Source: Octopus vulgaris
Lineage: Eukaryota
NCBI GenBank assembly: GCA_951406725.2
Contig: OX597833.1
Span: 18,166,001-18,230,000 of the forward strand
Direction of reading: 5' to 3'
DNA length: 64,000 bases
Shown here: positions 1 through 14,720 of the stretch, one piece after another
How the letters are laid out: each line of letters starts with the position of its first letter
Numbering within the stretch: the first letter of the stretch is position 1
Position numbers and translations under genes: made by a program
The notes under the pieces: generated by a model
Databases searched by the model: none
What the model saw: only the letters and a program-made list of their open reading frames with translations
What the model was told of the DNA's origin: nothing

Positions 1-52
1 TATACATATACACATATATATACATATACATCCATATTCATATGTATACATA

Positions 53-92
<40 letters not shown>

Positions 93-244
93 TATATACA
101 TATACATATATATATATCCATATATAGGTGTATATATATATGTATATATATATGCATATATACATATATATACATATGTGTGTATATACATATATATACA
201 TATATATATACATATATTTATATATATACATAAATGTATATGCA

Positions 245-303
<59 letters not shown>

Positions 304-320
304 ATATGTATACACATACA

Positions 321-365
<45 letters not shown>

Positions 366-400
366 TATATGTACATGTATGCGTGTATGCATATATGTAC
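1..400. repeat. (TA)n/(TACA)n compound microsatellite
   Basis: Direct reading; the YI-repeat ORFs here are artefacts. Confidence 0.95.
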
Positions 401-714
401 AGATGTGTTACCTCTTTAAATCTATTCGCGGCACATTTGTATGGCAATGACCCAACAGCGGAAACGAAGTTAATGAGCTTTAATAAGTTTAACTTTCTTT
501 TATGATTTTTCTCTGTAAAAGAAATGTTTGTAAAGGAAAGTTATTGTCTGGAATGCAGAGAATGTCATAGTGAATAACAACGATGACTATACTAAAGATG
601 ATAATGATGATAATGATGATAATGATGATAATGAGGATGAGGATAGTGATGATAATGAGGATTATCGTGAGGAGGATAATGTTGAAAGCGAGGATGATGT
701 CGGTAATAATGGCT

Positions 715-2340
715 TCGGCTTTTGGTACGAAGCCAATAGTTTTTAGGAGAGGGAATAAAGTCAGTTACATCAGCCCCAGTGCGCAACTGGTACTCATTGT
801 ATTGACACCGGAAGGGTGAAAAGCAAAATCGAACTCGGCGGAATTTGAACTCGAAATGTAATAAAAGCCGGAAGAAATGCCGGTATGTATTTCGTCCGAC
901 TCGCTAACGCTTCTGTCAGCTCACCGCCTTGAATAACGGTTTCTGATTGTGGAGCTTTGCCAACAGCTTTTAGGAGAGGGAGTTAGCTAATTGCATCAGC
1001 CCCAGTGTTCAACTGGTACTTCTTTTGTCGACCCAGAATCGACGAAAGACAAAATCGACTTCAGTGAGATTTCAATTCTGAACGTAAAAAAAAAGCCGGA
1101 AGAAATGCCACTAAGTATTTTGTTCGACGCACTAGCGGTTCTTATTTCTTTATTGCCCACAAGGGGCTAAACACATAGGGAACAAACAAAGTCAGACAAA
1201 GGGGTTAGGTCGATTACATTGACCCCAATGCGTAACTGGTACTTAATTTATCGACCCCGAAAGGATGAAAGGCAAAAGCGACCTCGGCAGAATTTGAACC
1301 CAGAAATTAGCGGCAGACGAAATACCTATTTCTTTACTACCCACAAGAGGCTACACATAGAGGGGACAAACAAGGACAGACAAACGGATTAAGTCGACCT
1401 CAGCGGAATTTGAACTCAGAACGCAGCGGCAGACGAAATACCTATTTCTTTATTACCCACAAGGGGCTAAACACAGAGGGGACAAACAAGGACAGACATA
1501 GGTATTAAGTCGATTACATCGACCCCAGTGCGTAACTGGTACTTAATTTATCGACCCCGAAAGGATGAAAGGCAAAGTTGACCTCGGCGGAATTTGAACT
1601 CACAACGTAACGCAGACGAAATACCGCTAAGCATTTCGCCCGGCGTGCTAAAGTTTCTGCCAGCTCGCCGCCTTCAGTAACGGCCAATATTTCTGGCACA
1701 AGGCCAACAGTTTTTGGGGGTGAGTGTTTGTCAATTACTTAAACCTCAGTGTTCAGCTTGTACTTATTTTATCGACCTCGAAAGGATGAAAGGCTTAGTC
1801 GACCTCGGCGGAATTTGAACATTAAATATGAAGAGCCGGAAGAAATGTCAGTATGAACTTACTTCGATGCTCCAACGATTCTGCCAGCGTGCTGCCTTAT
1901 GCTAATTTATTCAAATTTTGGCACAAGGCTAGCAATTTTCTGGGAGGCGGTTAGTCGATTACACCAGCCCTAGTATACAACTGGTACATATTCTATCGAG
2001 CCCGAAAGAATGATTCCACCTTGGTGGATTGTAAACACAGAACATAAATAACCGGAAGAAATGCCGCTAACCATTTTGCCGACGTTCTAACCATCCTGGC
2101 AGCTCGCTGGCAGATGGTAATAATAGTTTCAAATTTTGACGCAGGGGCCAGCAATTTTTGAGGGGAGGGGGAATTCGATTATATCGACTCCGGTACTTGA
2201 TTGGTATTCATTTTATCCCCACAAAAGAATGAAAAGTAAAGTCGGCCTCCGTGGAATTTGAACAAAGAACATAAAGACGGACGAAATGCTACAATGCATT
2301 TTGTCCAGCGTGCTAATGAATCTGCCAGCTTCCGCCTTAG
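715..2340 (-). mobile_element. Cluster of tandem/nested SINE-B copies (tRNA-like head GGCGGCGAGCTGGCAGAA...GAGTTCAAATTCC)
   Basis: Repeated reverse-complement body ATCGACCCCGAAAGGATGAAAGGCAAAGTCGACCTCGGCGGAATTTGAACTC at about 810, 1030, 1250, 1400, 1550, 1770, 1995 and 2240. Confidence 0.85.
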
Positions 2341-2347
2341 ATGATAA

Positions 2348-2564
2348 TACTCTTTTACTCTTTTACTTGTTTTAGTCATGTGACTGTGGCTATGCTGGAT
2401 CACCGCCTTTAGTCGAGCAAATAGACCCCAGGACTTATTCTTTGTAAGCCAATTACTTATTCCATCGGTCTCTTTTGCCGAACCGCTAAGTTACGGGGAC
2501 GTAAACACACCAGTATCGGTTGTCAAGCGATGTTGGGGGGACAAACTCAGACACACAAACATAC

Positions 2565-2644
<80 letters not shown>

Positions 2645-2651
2645 ATATATG

Positions 2652-2718
<67 letters not shown>

Positions 2719-2937
2719 ATATATATATATATACACACACACACATATATATATATATACACATATATACATATACATATATACGACGGACTTCTTTCAG
2801 TTTTCGTCTACCAAATCCACTTACAAGGCTTTGGTTGGCACGAGGCTATAGTAGAAGACACTTGCCCATGGTGCCATGCGGTGGGACTGAACCCGGAACC
2901 ATGTGGTAGGTAAACAAGCTACTTACCACACAGCCAC
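2348..2937 (-). mobile_element. SINE-A with internal (TA)n(TG)n microsatellite
   Basis: Head GTGGCTGTGTGGTAAG...GGTTCAGTCCC, central microsatellite, tail ...GACTAAAACAAGTAAAAGAGTAAAAGA; about 25 related copies or fragments in the window. Confidence 0.9.
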
Positions 2938-3344
2938 TGTATAACACATATATATATATAATTATAGATCGAAATAGGTCTTTCCTTGTAGCCCTGCCAA
3001 GTCAAGTGTTATTCAGAACCGCCCGTAATCCTCCGCCAGAAAAGGCTACACTGGTTTTAGTGGTCGATGCTGACAACATCTTCGAGAATAATTTCATACT
3101 CTCTGGTGAATGCCAAAGAGAATAACAACATTCACTCTCTATTTAGGAATCTTTACAAAAGCCACAGCCTCAAACGCACGCCTGTGCTTCATCGCTAAAC
3201 CATCTCGAAAATTCTTCGAGAGGGATTTTAAGCAGCAGGTCGTTGTCGTTGTCGCAGTCATCTCCACCGCCGTCGTCATTACCGCCGCCGCCGCCGCTGC
3301 TACCGCCTACACCACCGCTAACGCCACCACCAAACGTGTCTTAC

Positions 3345-3430
3345 CTATGAGTGCATCTTAAGCGCCTGGCTCATCTGACATTCTCGCTGCTTCAATTTAT
3401 GCTGTTGTCCTCTTTCTCCCCCGCCCCTCT
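3345..3430 (-). other. Candidate exon (probably non-coding)
   Basis: Unique sequence ending in a consensus donor AG|GTAAGA (plus-strand CTTACCT at 3340-3346); no convincing ORF. Confidence 0.2.
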
Positions 3431-3496
3431 CTCACATATACACTCACACATACAATATACACACGTAGCTCACAACATACGCGTACACACACAGGT

Positions 3497-3569
<73 letters not shown>

Positions 3570-3724
3570 TAACTAAGAGTACTGAGAAACAGCACCTACA
3601 TGCCAGAAATAGACGTCAAATGACTAAACACCAGTTTAAAATACACTCAATTAGCACAAGGTTGAAAGCGAGGAAATGAATAGAAGAGATTTAGTAAATC
3701 TCTTTTATTCATTTCCTCGTTCAT

Positions 3725-3789
<65 letters not shown>

Positions 3790-3793
<4 letters not shown>

Positions 3794-3978
3794 TAGAGTT
3801 TACGAAAACAATAAAAGACGAAGACAGGTGGTGTACAAAACAAACAGATGTATTAGTATAACGCTCAGGAATAGAAAAAGTCTTTTACGTTTCGAGCCTA
3901 CGCTCTTCTACAGAAAGGGACACAGAAAAAACGAGAGAAAAAAATGCGTGTAGTGGCTAACGATCTATCATGGCGACT
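3790..3978 (-). mobile_element. Penelope-like terminal fragment in (TA)n with degenerate hammerhead motif
   Basis: Minus strand reads CTGTAGA-A-GAGC-GTAG-GCTC-GAAACGTAA; related to the fragment at 50499-50728; flanked by TA repeats. Confidence 0.55.
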
Positions 3979-4017
3979 ATATATATATATATATATATAC
4001 AGTCATATATATATACA

Positions 4018-4066
<49 letters not shown>

Positions 4067-4419
4067 TCATATTTATATTATATATTCTTTTATTCTTTTA
4101 CTTGTTTCAGTCACTTGACTGTGGCACATGCTGGAGCACCGCCTTTAGTCGAGCAAATCGACCCCAGGACTTATTCTTTGTAAGCCTAGTACTTATTCTA
4201 TCGGTTTCTTTTGTCGAACCGTTAAGTTACGGGGACGCAAACACACCATGATCGGTTGTCAAGTGATGGTGTGGCGGATAAACACAGACACACAAATACA
4301 TAGATATAGAAACGGCTAATTAGTATTATGAGTTCTCGACCCCGAAAGACAAAATTGAAAAAAACATACGCATGTACACATAGGTGCAGGCGTGGCTGTG
4401 TGGTAAGAAGCTTGCTTCC

Positions 4420-6141
4420 TGTATAGCGTTTTGTTTAGTTCGACTGCGGTCTTTGCAAATAACACACGTGTTTTTTTGGTTGTCTTGGCGGTGCGACGTT
4501 TTTCCTCTTGTTTAATGGAGAGGCGTCGGAAGAGGACCTGTGAAGGCCTGAATTGTTCAGAATTTGCAAACTGCCCTTCTTCGAACTTTGTGTCGTCTGA
4601 GGAGGAGATTGTGGAGTGTTTAAAAAGAAGAGAAGAGAAAATGGAAGCAAAAAGTTATGCCGCAGCGGCAGAGGAAAAGAGTGAAGACGTGAGTCTAGAG
4701 GATTTGAGTAAATTTAAAAACATGCTTAAAAGGGAGGGGAACCAAGTGAAAGTGTTCCCCTCCTCCAAAGAAGTTTTAAAGGAGAAAAGAGAAAAAAACA
4801 TAATTTACAGGGCGTACTCTGAAGCAGCAAAGAGAATTGAAGTTATGTCGACGGTGCAAGTCGAAAAGGTACTTAGACCAATCTGGTAAGGGATTTCCTA
4901 CATTGCCAGAGGAAAAAAGTTTGTAACGGTAGAGGTGCAGTTCCGGGAGGTAGCTACCACCAGGCTGCACTCAGCAACACCGCTGAGAACTGATGAAGTG
5001 ATTCTTTTACCCGTATACCTTGGGAGACGCGCTTCTAGGATTAGGGTGGAGGAAATACCACGAGAAATGGATGCAGCCTGGCTGGTGACTGCCATACTGT
5101 TAAGCTTGGAGGAGAAGCTGGTGGTCCTGCAGGCCACCAAAACACCCCACTGGAACTGGCAAGGACAGAGCATTGATAAGGTGGTACAATTTGCAGAGGA
5201 AGATATTGAAAAGATGGTCGAGACCATCACGGTCGGATGTGCAAAATTGAAGGTCAGAGTGGAATGGAGGATTCCGTGGTGCTATAAATGTGGCCTAAAA
5301 GCCCACATTAGAGCAGATTGTCCTCCACCACTTGAGAAGGCTAAGGAGAGACAAGAGAATGAGAAAGTGACTGGTGCTCCACTACTCGCGAAGGTTGAGG
5401 AAAAGGAGAGTGAAGCGGCACCACAGATAAAGACCAGTACCAGCGTCGAAACAGAGATGGACAACGAATGGGAAACAGCTGGGGAAAAGATAAGAGGGGA
5501 AAAAAGGCACATACTGTAAAGGAGGATCCCCGTCCCACACTCACCCAGCTCCCACTCTACCCCAACCACTCCCTACAGATACTACCCTACCTGACATAAA
5601 CACAAGCACACAGGAGCCTCAAATTTTCACACCCTTGTCCTCAGAAAAATATTTCATAATGTTCAGTCGAGACAATGAAGAAGTGTATAACGAAATAGAT
5701 AGACTCGTGGGACAGAATCATAAAAGTAGACGTATCAGAAGTAAAAGGGATGCCTGAATATCTTCGTTGTGTTCCGTGGCAGACCCAGCATACATATCTA
5801 GATTAAAGGACTTTGAGGAAAACCATAACTATGAGTGCTGGGTCAAGAAATTGGACACCAGCTCAATGCCTAAAAAAGTAAGTGTTTATGATATTTTAAG
5901 GAAGCCCAATGTAAATATCGTTCGGAGGAATGATAATTAGCTGTCGCTAATATTTGTATTATAAACTAGTGTTTAAAAAAATGTATTAACAGGTTCAATG
6001 AAGTCGCTCGGAGGTGGGGCCGAACGGCCTCATTTCATCTTTCATTATATTAATTCATTCTTTCAATTCGTTTTGTTTTTTTGTCCCCACCTTGTGTTGT
6101 CCCCTGCTATGTAAGGCCTTCATGGCCAATTTCATGAAATA
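4420..6141 (+). mobile_element. ORF1-only non-LTR retroelement (HAL1-like) inserted into a SINE-A head
   Basis: 15-bp TSD AAGAAGCTTGCTTCC at 4405-4419 and 6142-6156; SINE-A resumes exactly after the insert; no RT or endonuclease recognisable inside. Confidence 0.8.
4641..5940 (+). pseudogene. Disrupted LINE ORF1/gag-like nucleic-acid-binding protein with CCHC zinc knuckle
   Basis: Starts MEAKSYAAAA (ATG 4641); contains CYKCGLKAHIRADC (CX2CX4HX4C); stops/frameshifts near 4889 and 5519; coding-like sequence continues to TAG at 5940. Confidence 0.75.
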
Positions 6142-6531
6142 AAGAAGCTTGCTTCCCAGCCACATGGTTCAGAGTTCAGTCCCACTACGTGGCACCTTGG
6201 AGAAGTGTCTTCTACTATAGCCTCGGGCCGACCAAAGCCTTGTAAGTGGATTTGGTAGACGGAAACTGAAAGAAGCCCGTCGTATATATGCATATGTGTG
6301 TGTGTGTGTGTGTCTTCGTGTCTGTGTTTGTCCCACCACCACCGATTGACGACCGGTGTTGGTGTGTTTACGTTCCCTTAACTCAGTGGTTCGGCAAAAT
6401 TGACCGATAGAATAAGTACTAGGCTTTAAAAAATATAAATGCTGGGGTCGATTTGTTCGACTAAAACCCTTTCAGGTGGTGCCCCAGCATGGCCGCAGTC
6501 AAATGATTGAAACAAGTAAAAGGTAAAAGTT

Positions 6532-6688
6532 TAGGAGTGGCTGTGTGGTAAGTGCTTGCTTACCAACCACATGGTTCCGGGTTCAGTCCCACGGCGTAAC
6601 ACCTTGGACAAGTGTCTTCTACTATAGCGTCGGGCCGACCAAAGCCTTGTGAGTGGATTTGGTAGTCGGAAACTGAAAGAAGCCCGTC

Positions 6689-6756
<68 letters not shown>

Positions 6757-6960
6757 ATGCTTATGTATTTGCCCCCCTCCCAACATCGCTTGACAACCGA
6801 TACTGGTGTGTTTACGTTCCCGTAACTTACGGTTCCGCAAAAGACACCGATAGAATAAGTACTAGGCTTACAAAGAATAAGTCCTGGGGTCGATTTGCTT
6901 GACTAAAGGCGGTGCTCCAGCATGGCCGCAGTCAAATGACTGAAACAAGTAAAAGAGTAA
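6532..6960 (+). mobile_element. SINE-A full copy
   Basis: Head, microsatellite and tail match other SINE-A copies. Confidence 0.9.
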
Positions 6961-7528
6961 ATACCCACCCAAATATACGCACATTCACATACACACACAC
7001 ACACACACACACACATACATACACACACACACACACACACGCACACACACACATAGATAGATACAGTGAGAGAGAGAGACGGACACAAAATGTCTCAAGT
7101 ACAATATTTGAATATTTGAAGCATTTTTATGCTGACCAACAAGAAGAAAAGGTGAGAAAAAAAGGTAAGAACGATAACAGATGTTCAGAAAAAATAGAAA
7201 CGAGAAGACATCATTGTAGCGAATTCCTAAAATTTCTGTCATCATTATCTATTATGATAAGAAAAGAAGTGTGGAGGAAGCGATCATCACTTTGGAATGT
7301 CAGAATGTTCAGAATGATAGAATAGAATGCTGTTTTCAACTTCCCACTCATCGTCTTTTTAGTATGTTTTTATATTACTTTCGTTTTAGCACTTGCTTCT
7401 TCGAGCCGACGATGGAATGTTTTACTGAATCACTTGTCCGTCATGCTGAAAATATCACCAAAGTTGAATAAGAATTCGTACGCTCTTTGTGCTTTTATTT
7501 ATTTTTGTAAAGGTATCGAGTCGGGACG

Positions 7529-8430
<902 letters not shown>

Positions 8431-8463
8431 TGCAAAACATTTTTAATGATATAACCACCAAAC

Positions 8464-8825
8464 AGAGCGGCGAGCTGGCAGAATCGTTAGCACACCGGGC
8501 GAAATGCTTAGCGGTATTTCGTCTGCCGTTACTTTCTGAGTTCAAATTCCGCTGAGGTCAATTTTGCCTTTCATCCTTTCGGGGTCGATTAAATAAGTAC
8601 CAGTTACGCACTGGGGTCGATATAATCGACTTAATCCGTTTGTCTGTCCTTGTTTGTCCCCTTTTTATGTAGCCTCTTGTGGGCAGTAAACAAACAGGTA
8701 TTTCGTCTGCCTCTACGTTCTGAGTTCAAATTCCACCGAGGTCGACTTTGCCTATCATCCTTTTGGGGTCGATTAAATAAGAGCCAGTTACGCACTGGGG
8801 TCGCTATAATCGACTTAATCCGTTT
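8464..8825 (+). mobile_element. SINE-B dimer
   Basis: One head plus two bodies joined at ...AACAG|GTATTTCGTCTG. Confidence 0.85.
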
Positions 8826-8973
8826 AGACAGACAGAATGATAGATAGATAGATAGATATAATGAGCCTCACGTGCTTTAATAGCGCTGCTAGGTTTTTAT
8901 TTTTACATTTTTCTCGAGCCCTAAGCTCCCTAAAGCCGGTCACTCGGTTTCCATGGTGTATAAGCAACCAAGA

Positions 8974-10198
8974 TCACACCATTCCTCTGAAGAGGTTGCC
9001 GGTGATGAAAAGCAAAGCTGACCTCAGTGAACTCAGAGCATAAAACGCTGAAAGAAATGTCACTTAGCATTTCATCCAATGAGCCAACAATTCTACCAGC
9101 TTGCCGCCTGATATGGAATGTTACACACATTTGAGATTACCCTGGCTGCCATGAAACTTTGCTCTGATACATTCACAGGAACTGAACGGTGATACTATTT
9201 CGCTTTAAAACTTCCATTAAAAATCTTATAATTTTGAGGAAGTCTCTATGAAATAATTCTTTCTACAACGGGAACAAGATCTGAAATTTTTAGTGGAGAA
9301 GTGACTAATCAATTATATCGATTTCAGAACTTGACTGGTATTTTATTTTATCGACTCCAAACGGATGAAAAGACAAAGTTGACCTCGGCAGGATTTGAAC
9401 TCAGAACGCGAAGACTCGGCAGAAATGTCGCTAAGCATTTTGTCCGACGTGCTAACAACTTCAGCTAGCTTGCAACTTATGCTTTGTTTGTTTGTTGAGC
9501 GAAGCGGTCTTCGTCCCAGAGCTCGCAAGATCGCGCCTCTGTAGTGAGAGAAGTCCGAAACATTGTCCTTTGCTATACGTAAGACCCGCAGAAGAGAAAG
9601 CAGGTCAACCCCCGACACCGAGAGCATCGACGGATGGATGAATGCGCATCCAGGCTCAGCGGTTGCGTAGGAAGTCGGAGACAAGAAACAGGGAGAAAGA
9701 GTGAGAAAAAGTTGGGGCGAAAGAGTACAACAGGGGTCGCCACCACCCCCTGCCGGAGCCTCGCGGAGCTTTACGTGTTTTCGTTCAATAAACACACACA
9801 ACGCCCGGTCTGGGAATCGAAACCGCGATCCTCCGACCGCGAGTCCGCTGCCCCAACCACTGGGTCATTGCGCCTCCTGCAACTTATGCTCCGTTGGTTA
9901 CAGAACTAAGATACTGAAGAAATGAAACTATGACGTCATAAAAGCTAGTATGTAAGAGGTAACAGAGTAAAATGCCAATTCAATGCTATACCACTTGAAA
10001 ATCCGCATATTTGAGTGAGTAACACAGAAGGAACTGCAGATTAACCAACGAAACAACCAATAAATACGTGCGTTGAAAGTCCTGTTCCATTCGAAATCAA
10101 AGCTCATGTTTTCATTCCAGCATTCTAGGATAAAGAAGGCGATTCGTATATGTGAAAAATCATCTCTCTATTTATTTATCTGTTAAACTGTGTAAACA

Positions 10199-10295
<97 letters not shown>

Positions 10296-11771
10296 GTTTG
10301 TTTGTCTATGTCCATCTGTTTATGTATCTGTCTACCTGTCTATGTATGTATGAATGCATGTATGTATATCTATCTTATCTGTGTCTGTCTGTTTGTCTAT
10401 CTTTCTGTCTGTTTATCTATCTATTTGTCTGTCTATCACAACATTCCTCTGAAGAGGATGCAGGTTCGTCGCAAGGTTCAAGACCAGCGATTTTTAAAGG
10501 GAGAGGACAAATCAGTTACATCAACCCCCATACTTGACTGGTACTTTATTTTATCGACCCTAAAGTGATGAAAGGCAAAACTGACCTCAGAAAGGCAATG
10601 CTGACCTCAGAGCATAAATGCTGGAAGAAATGTCACTTAGCATTTCATCCAATGAGCCAACAATTCTGCCAGCTTGCGGTCTGATGTGGAATGTTACACA
10701 CATTTGAGATTACCCTGGCTGCCATGAAACTTTACTCTGATACATTCACAGGAACTGAACGGTGATACTATTTCGCTTTAAAACTTCCATTAAAAATCTT
10801 ATAATTTTGAGGAAGTCTCTATGAAATAATTCTTTCTACAACGGGAACAAGATCTGAAATTTTTAGTGGAGAAGTGACTAATCAATTATATCGATTTCAG
10901 AACTTGACTGGTATTTTATTTTATCGACTCCAAACGGATGAAAAGACAAAGTTGATCTCGGCAGGATTTGAACTCAGAACGCAAAGACGCAGCAGAAATG
11001 CCGCTAAGCATTTTTTCCGACGTACTAACTACTTCAGCTAGCTCGCAACTTATACTTTGTTTGTTTGTTGAGCGAAGCGGTCTTCGTCCCAGAGCTCGCA
11101 AGATCGCGCCTCTGTAGTGAGAGAAGTCCGAAACATTGTCCTTTGCTATACGTAAGACCTGCAGAAGAGAAAGCAGGTCAACCCCCGACACCGAGAGCAT
11201 CGACGGATGGATGAATGCGCATCCAGGCTCAGCGGTTGCGTAGGAAGTCGGAGACAAGAAACAGGGAGAAAGAGTGAGAAAAAGTTGGGGCGAAAGAGTA
11301 CAACAGGGGTCGCCACCACCCCCTGCCGGAGCCTCGCGGAGCTTTACGTGTTTTCGTTCAATAAACACACACAACGCCCGGTCTGGGAATCGAAACCGCG
11401 ATCCTCCGACCGCGAGTCCGCTGCCCCAACCACTGGGTCATTGCGCCTCCTGCAACTTATGCTCCGTTGGTTACAGAACTAAGATACTGAAGAAATGAAA
11501 CTATGACGTCATAAAAGCTAGTATGTAAGAGGTAACAGAGTAAAATGCCAATTCAATGCTATACCACTTGAAAATCCGCATATTTGAGTGAGTAACACAG
11601 AAGGAACTGCAGATTAATCAAAGAAACAACAAATAAATACGTGCGTTGAAAGTCCTGTTCCATTCGAAATCAAAGCTCATGTTTTCATTCCAGCATTCTA
11701 GGATAAAGAAGGCGATTCGTATATGTGAAAAATCATCTCTCTATTTATTTATCTGTTAAACTGTGTAAACA

Positions 11772-11860
<89 letters not shown>

Positions 11861-13336
11861 GTTTGTTTGTCTATGTCCATCTGTTTATGTATCTGTCTAC
11901 CTGTCTATGTATGTATGAATGCATGTATGTATATCTATCTTATCTGTGTCTGTCTGTTTGTCTATCTTTCTGTCTGTTTATCTATCTATTTGTCTGTCTA
12001 TCACAACATTCCTCTGAAGAGGATGCAGGTTCGTCGCAAGGTTCAAGACCAGCGATTTTTAAAGGGAGAGGACAAATCAGTTACATCAACCCCCATACTT
12101 GACTGGTACTTTATTTTATCGACCCTAAAGTGATGAAAGGCAAAACTGACCTCAGAAAGGCAATGCTGACCTCAGAGCATAAATGCTGGAAGAAATGTCA
12201 CTTAGCATTTCATCCAATGAGCCAACAATTCTGCCAGCTTGCGGTCTGATGTGGAATGTTACACACATTTGAGATTACCCTGGCTGCCATGAAACTTTAC
12301 TCTGATACATTCACAGGAACTGAACGGTGATACTATTTCGCTTTAAAACTTCCATTAAAAATCTTACAATTTTGAGGAAGTCTCTATGAAATAATTCTTT
12401 CTACAACGGGAACAAGATCTGAAATTTTTAGTGGAGAAGTGACTAATCAATTATATCGATTTCAGAACTTGACTGGTATTTTATTTTATCGACTCCAAAC
12501 GGATGAAAAGACAAAGTTGACCTCGGCAGGATTTGAACTCAGAACGCGAAGACTCGGCAGAAATGTCGCTAAGCATTTTGTCCGACGTGCTAACAACTTC
12601 AGCTAGCTTGCAACTTATGCTTTGTTTGTTTGTTGAGCGAAGCGGTCTTCGTCCCAGAGCTCGCAAGATCGCGCCTCTGTAGTGAGAGAAGTCCGAAACA
12701 TTGTCCTTTGCTATACGTAAGACCCGCAGAAGAGAAAGCAGGTCAACCCCCGACACCGAGAGCATCGACGGATGGATGAATGCGCATCCAGGCTCAGCGG
12801 TTGCGTAGGAAGTCGGAGACAAGAAACAGGGAGAAAGAGTGAGAAAAAGTTGGGGCGAAAGAGTACAACAGGGGTCGCCACCACCCCCTGCCGGAGCCTC
12901 GCGGAGCTTTACGTGTTTTCGTTCAATAAACACACACAACGCCCGGTCTGGGAATCGAAACCGCGATCCTCCGACCGCGAGTCCGCTGCCCCAACCACTG
13001 GGTCATTGCGCCTCCTGCAACTTATGCTCCGTTGGTTACAGAACTAAGATACTGAAGAAATGAAACTATGACGTCATAAAAGCTAGTATGTAAGAGGTAA
13101 CAGAGTAAAATGCCAATTCAATGCTATACCACTTGAAAATCCGCATATTTGAGTGAGTAACACAGAAGGAACTGCAGATTAATCAAAGAAACAACCAATA
13201 AATACGTGCGTTGAAAGTCCTGTTCCATTCGAAATCAAAGCTCATGTTTTCATTCCAGCATTCTAGGATAAAGAAGGCGATTCGTATATGTGAAAAATCA
13301 TCTCTCTATTTATTTATCTGTTAAACTGTGTAAACA

Positions 13337-13400
<64 letters not shown>
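8974..13400. repeat. Tandem triplication of a ~1.57-kb unit (SINE-B fragments, SINE-D, unique spacer, (TCTA)n)
   Basis: Units start near 8974, 10436 and 12001; identical ORFs recur at 9634/11207/12772 (offsets 1573 and 1565). Confidence 0.95.
9484..9877 (-). mobile_element. SINE-D with tail type i (repeated at 11057-11450 and 12622-13015)
   Basis: tRNA head GGAGGCGCAATGACCCAGTGG...GTTTCGATTCCC; (CAAA)n tail; 13-bp TSD TGCAACTTATGCT at 9471-9483 and 9878-9890. Confidence 0.9.
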
Positions 13401-13417
<17 letters not shown>

Positions 13418-13476
13418 TTATCTATCTATCTATTTATCTATCTGTCTATCTATCTGTCTGTCTGTCTGTATATACG

Positions 13477-13545
<69 letters not shown>

Positions 13546-13692
13546 GTCTGTCTGTCTGTCTGTCTCTGTCTGTATATACGTATCTATCATCTATCTGTCT
13601 TTCTGTCTGTCTATCTATCTATCTATCTGTCTGTCTGTCTGTCTGTCTCTGTCTGTATATACGTATCTATCATCTATCTGTCTTTCTGTCTG

Positions 13693-13723
<31 letters not shown>

Positions 13724-13862
13724 GTCTGTCTATCTATCTTTCTACTGCTTGTCTATTTATCAGTCTACCTGCCTGTCTATGTATATATTCAAGTATTTAT
13801 TTATGTCTATCTGTATGTCTATCTGTCTGTTTGTCTAGCTAGCTAGCTACTTGTCTGTCTGT
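13335..13862. repeat. (TCTA)n/(TCTG)n microsatellite
   Basis: Direct reading. Confidence 0.95.
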
Positions 13863-14097
13863 AACGAAAGAAGCGAAAAATATATTCACGACCGATAAAT
13901 ATCTAATAGCAATCCAATAAACAAGGCGGTGGGCAGACAGTTAATGTTAGTACATCGGACAGAATTCTCAGTGCTATTTCTTTCGGCTTTATACTTTGTC
14001 TGTTCAAATGCCACTGTGACCAACTTTGCCTTTCACCCCTTCGGGGGTCGATAAAGTAAAGTTCGAATCGAGTACTGGGATTTATGTAATACATTTG

Positions 14098-14358
14098 GGC
14101 GGAGGTAAAGAATACGCACGCCACCCGTTTTCGGCGTAACCTAAACCTAACCTTAAACGCCGAAAACGGGTGCTCTTTTACTCTTTTACTTGTTTTAGTC
14201 ATTTGACTGTGGCCATGCTGGAGCACTGTCTTTTAGTCGAGCAAATCGACCCCAGGACTTCTTCTTTGTAAGCCTAGTACTTATTCTATCGCTCTCTTTT
14301 GCCGAACCGCTAAGTTACGGGGACGTAAACACACCAGCATCGGTTGTCAAGCGATGTT

Positions 14359-14407
<49 letters not shown>

Positions 14408-14616
14408 CATATATACATATATGCGACGAGCTTCTTTCAGTTTCCGTCTACCAAATCCACTCACAAGGTTTTGATCGGCTCGAGGCTACAGTAGAAGACA
14501 CTTGCCCAAGGTTCCACGCAGTAGGACTGAACCCGGAATCATGCGGTTCGTAACCAAGTTACTTACCCCACAGCCTCTCTTACGTTTACGTGGTGTACCT
14601 ATTCTTTACTTTCGCC
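14098..14616. mobile_element. Foldback MITE with telomere-like loop and 9-bp TSD, split by SINE-A (14175-14577, minus)
   Basis: TSD ATACATTTG at 14089-14097 and 14617-14625; left end GGCGGAGGTAAAGAATACGCACGCCAC vs right end GTGGTGTACCTATTCTTTACTTTCGCC; inner 16-bp perfect IR around AACCTAAACCTAACCTTAA. Confidence 0.8.
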
Positions 14617-14720
14617 ATACATTTGTCCTGTCTCCTCAAAAATTACTGGCCTTTAACCCTGAAACGGGCCAGCGTTCCTTTCAGGAGAACCTCATGATCT
14701 CGGTCACGTATATGCCGCGG

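Noticed and set aside
9914-9945. CTGAAGA-AAT-GAAAC...GTC hammerhead-like string in the triplicated unit
   Set aside because: No stem II and no stem I complementarity.
9343-13063. Three repeated sets of 152/91/74-aa ORFs suggesting a gene cluster
   Set aside because: They lie over SINE-D/SINE-B sequence in the triplication; the same peptide recurs at SINE-D 59488.
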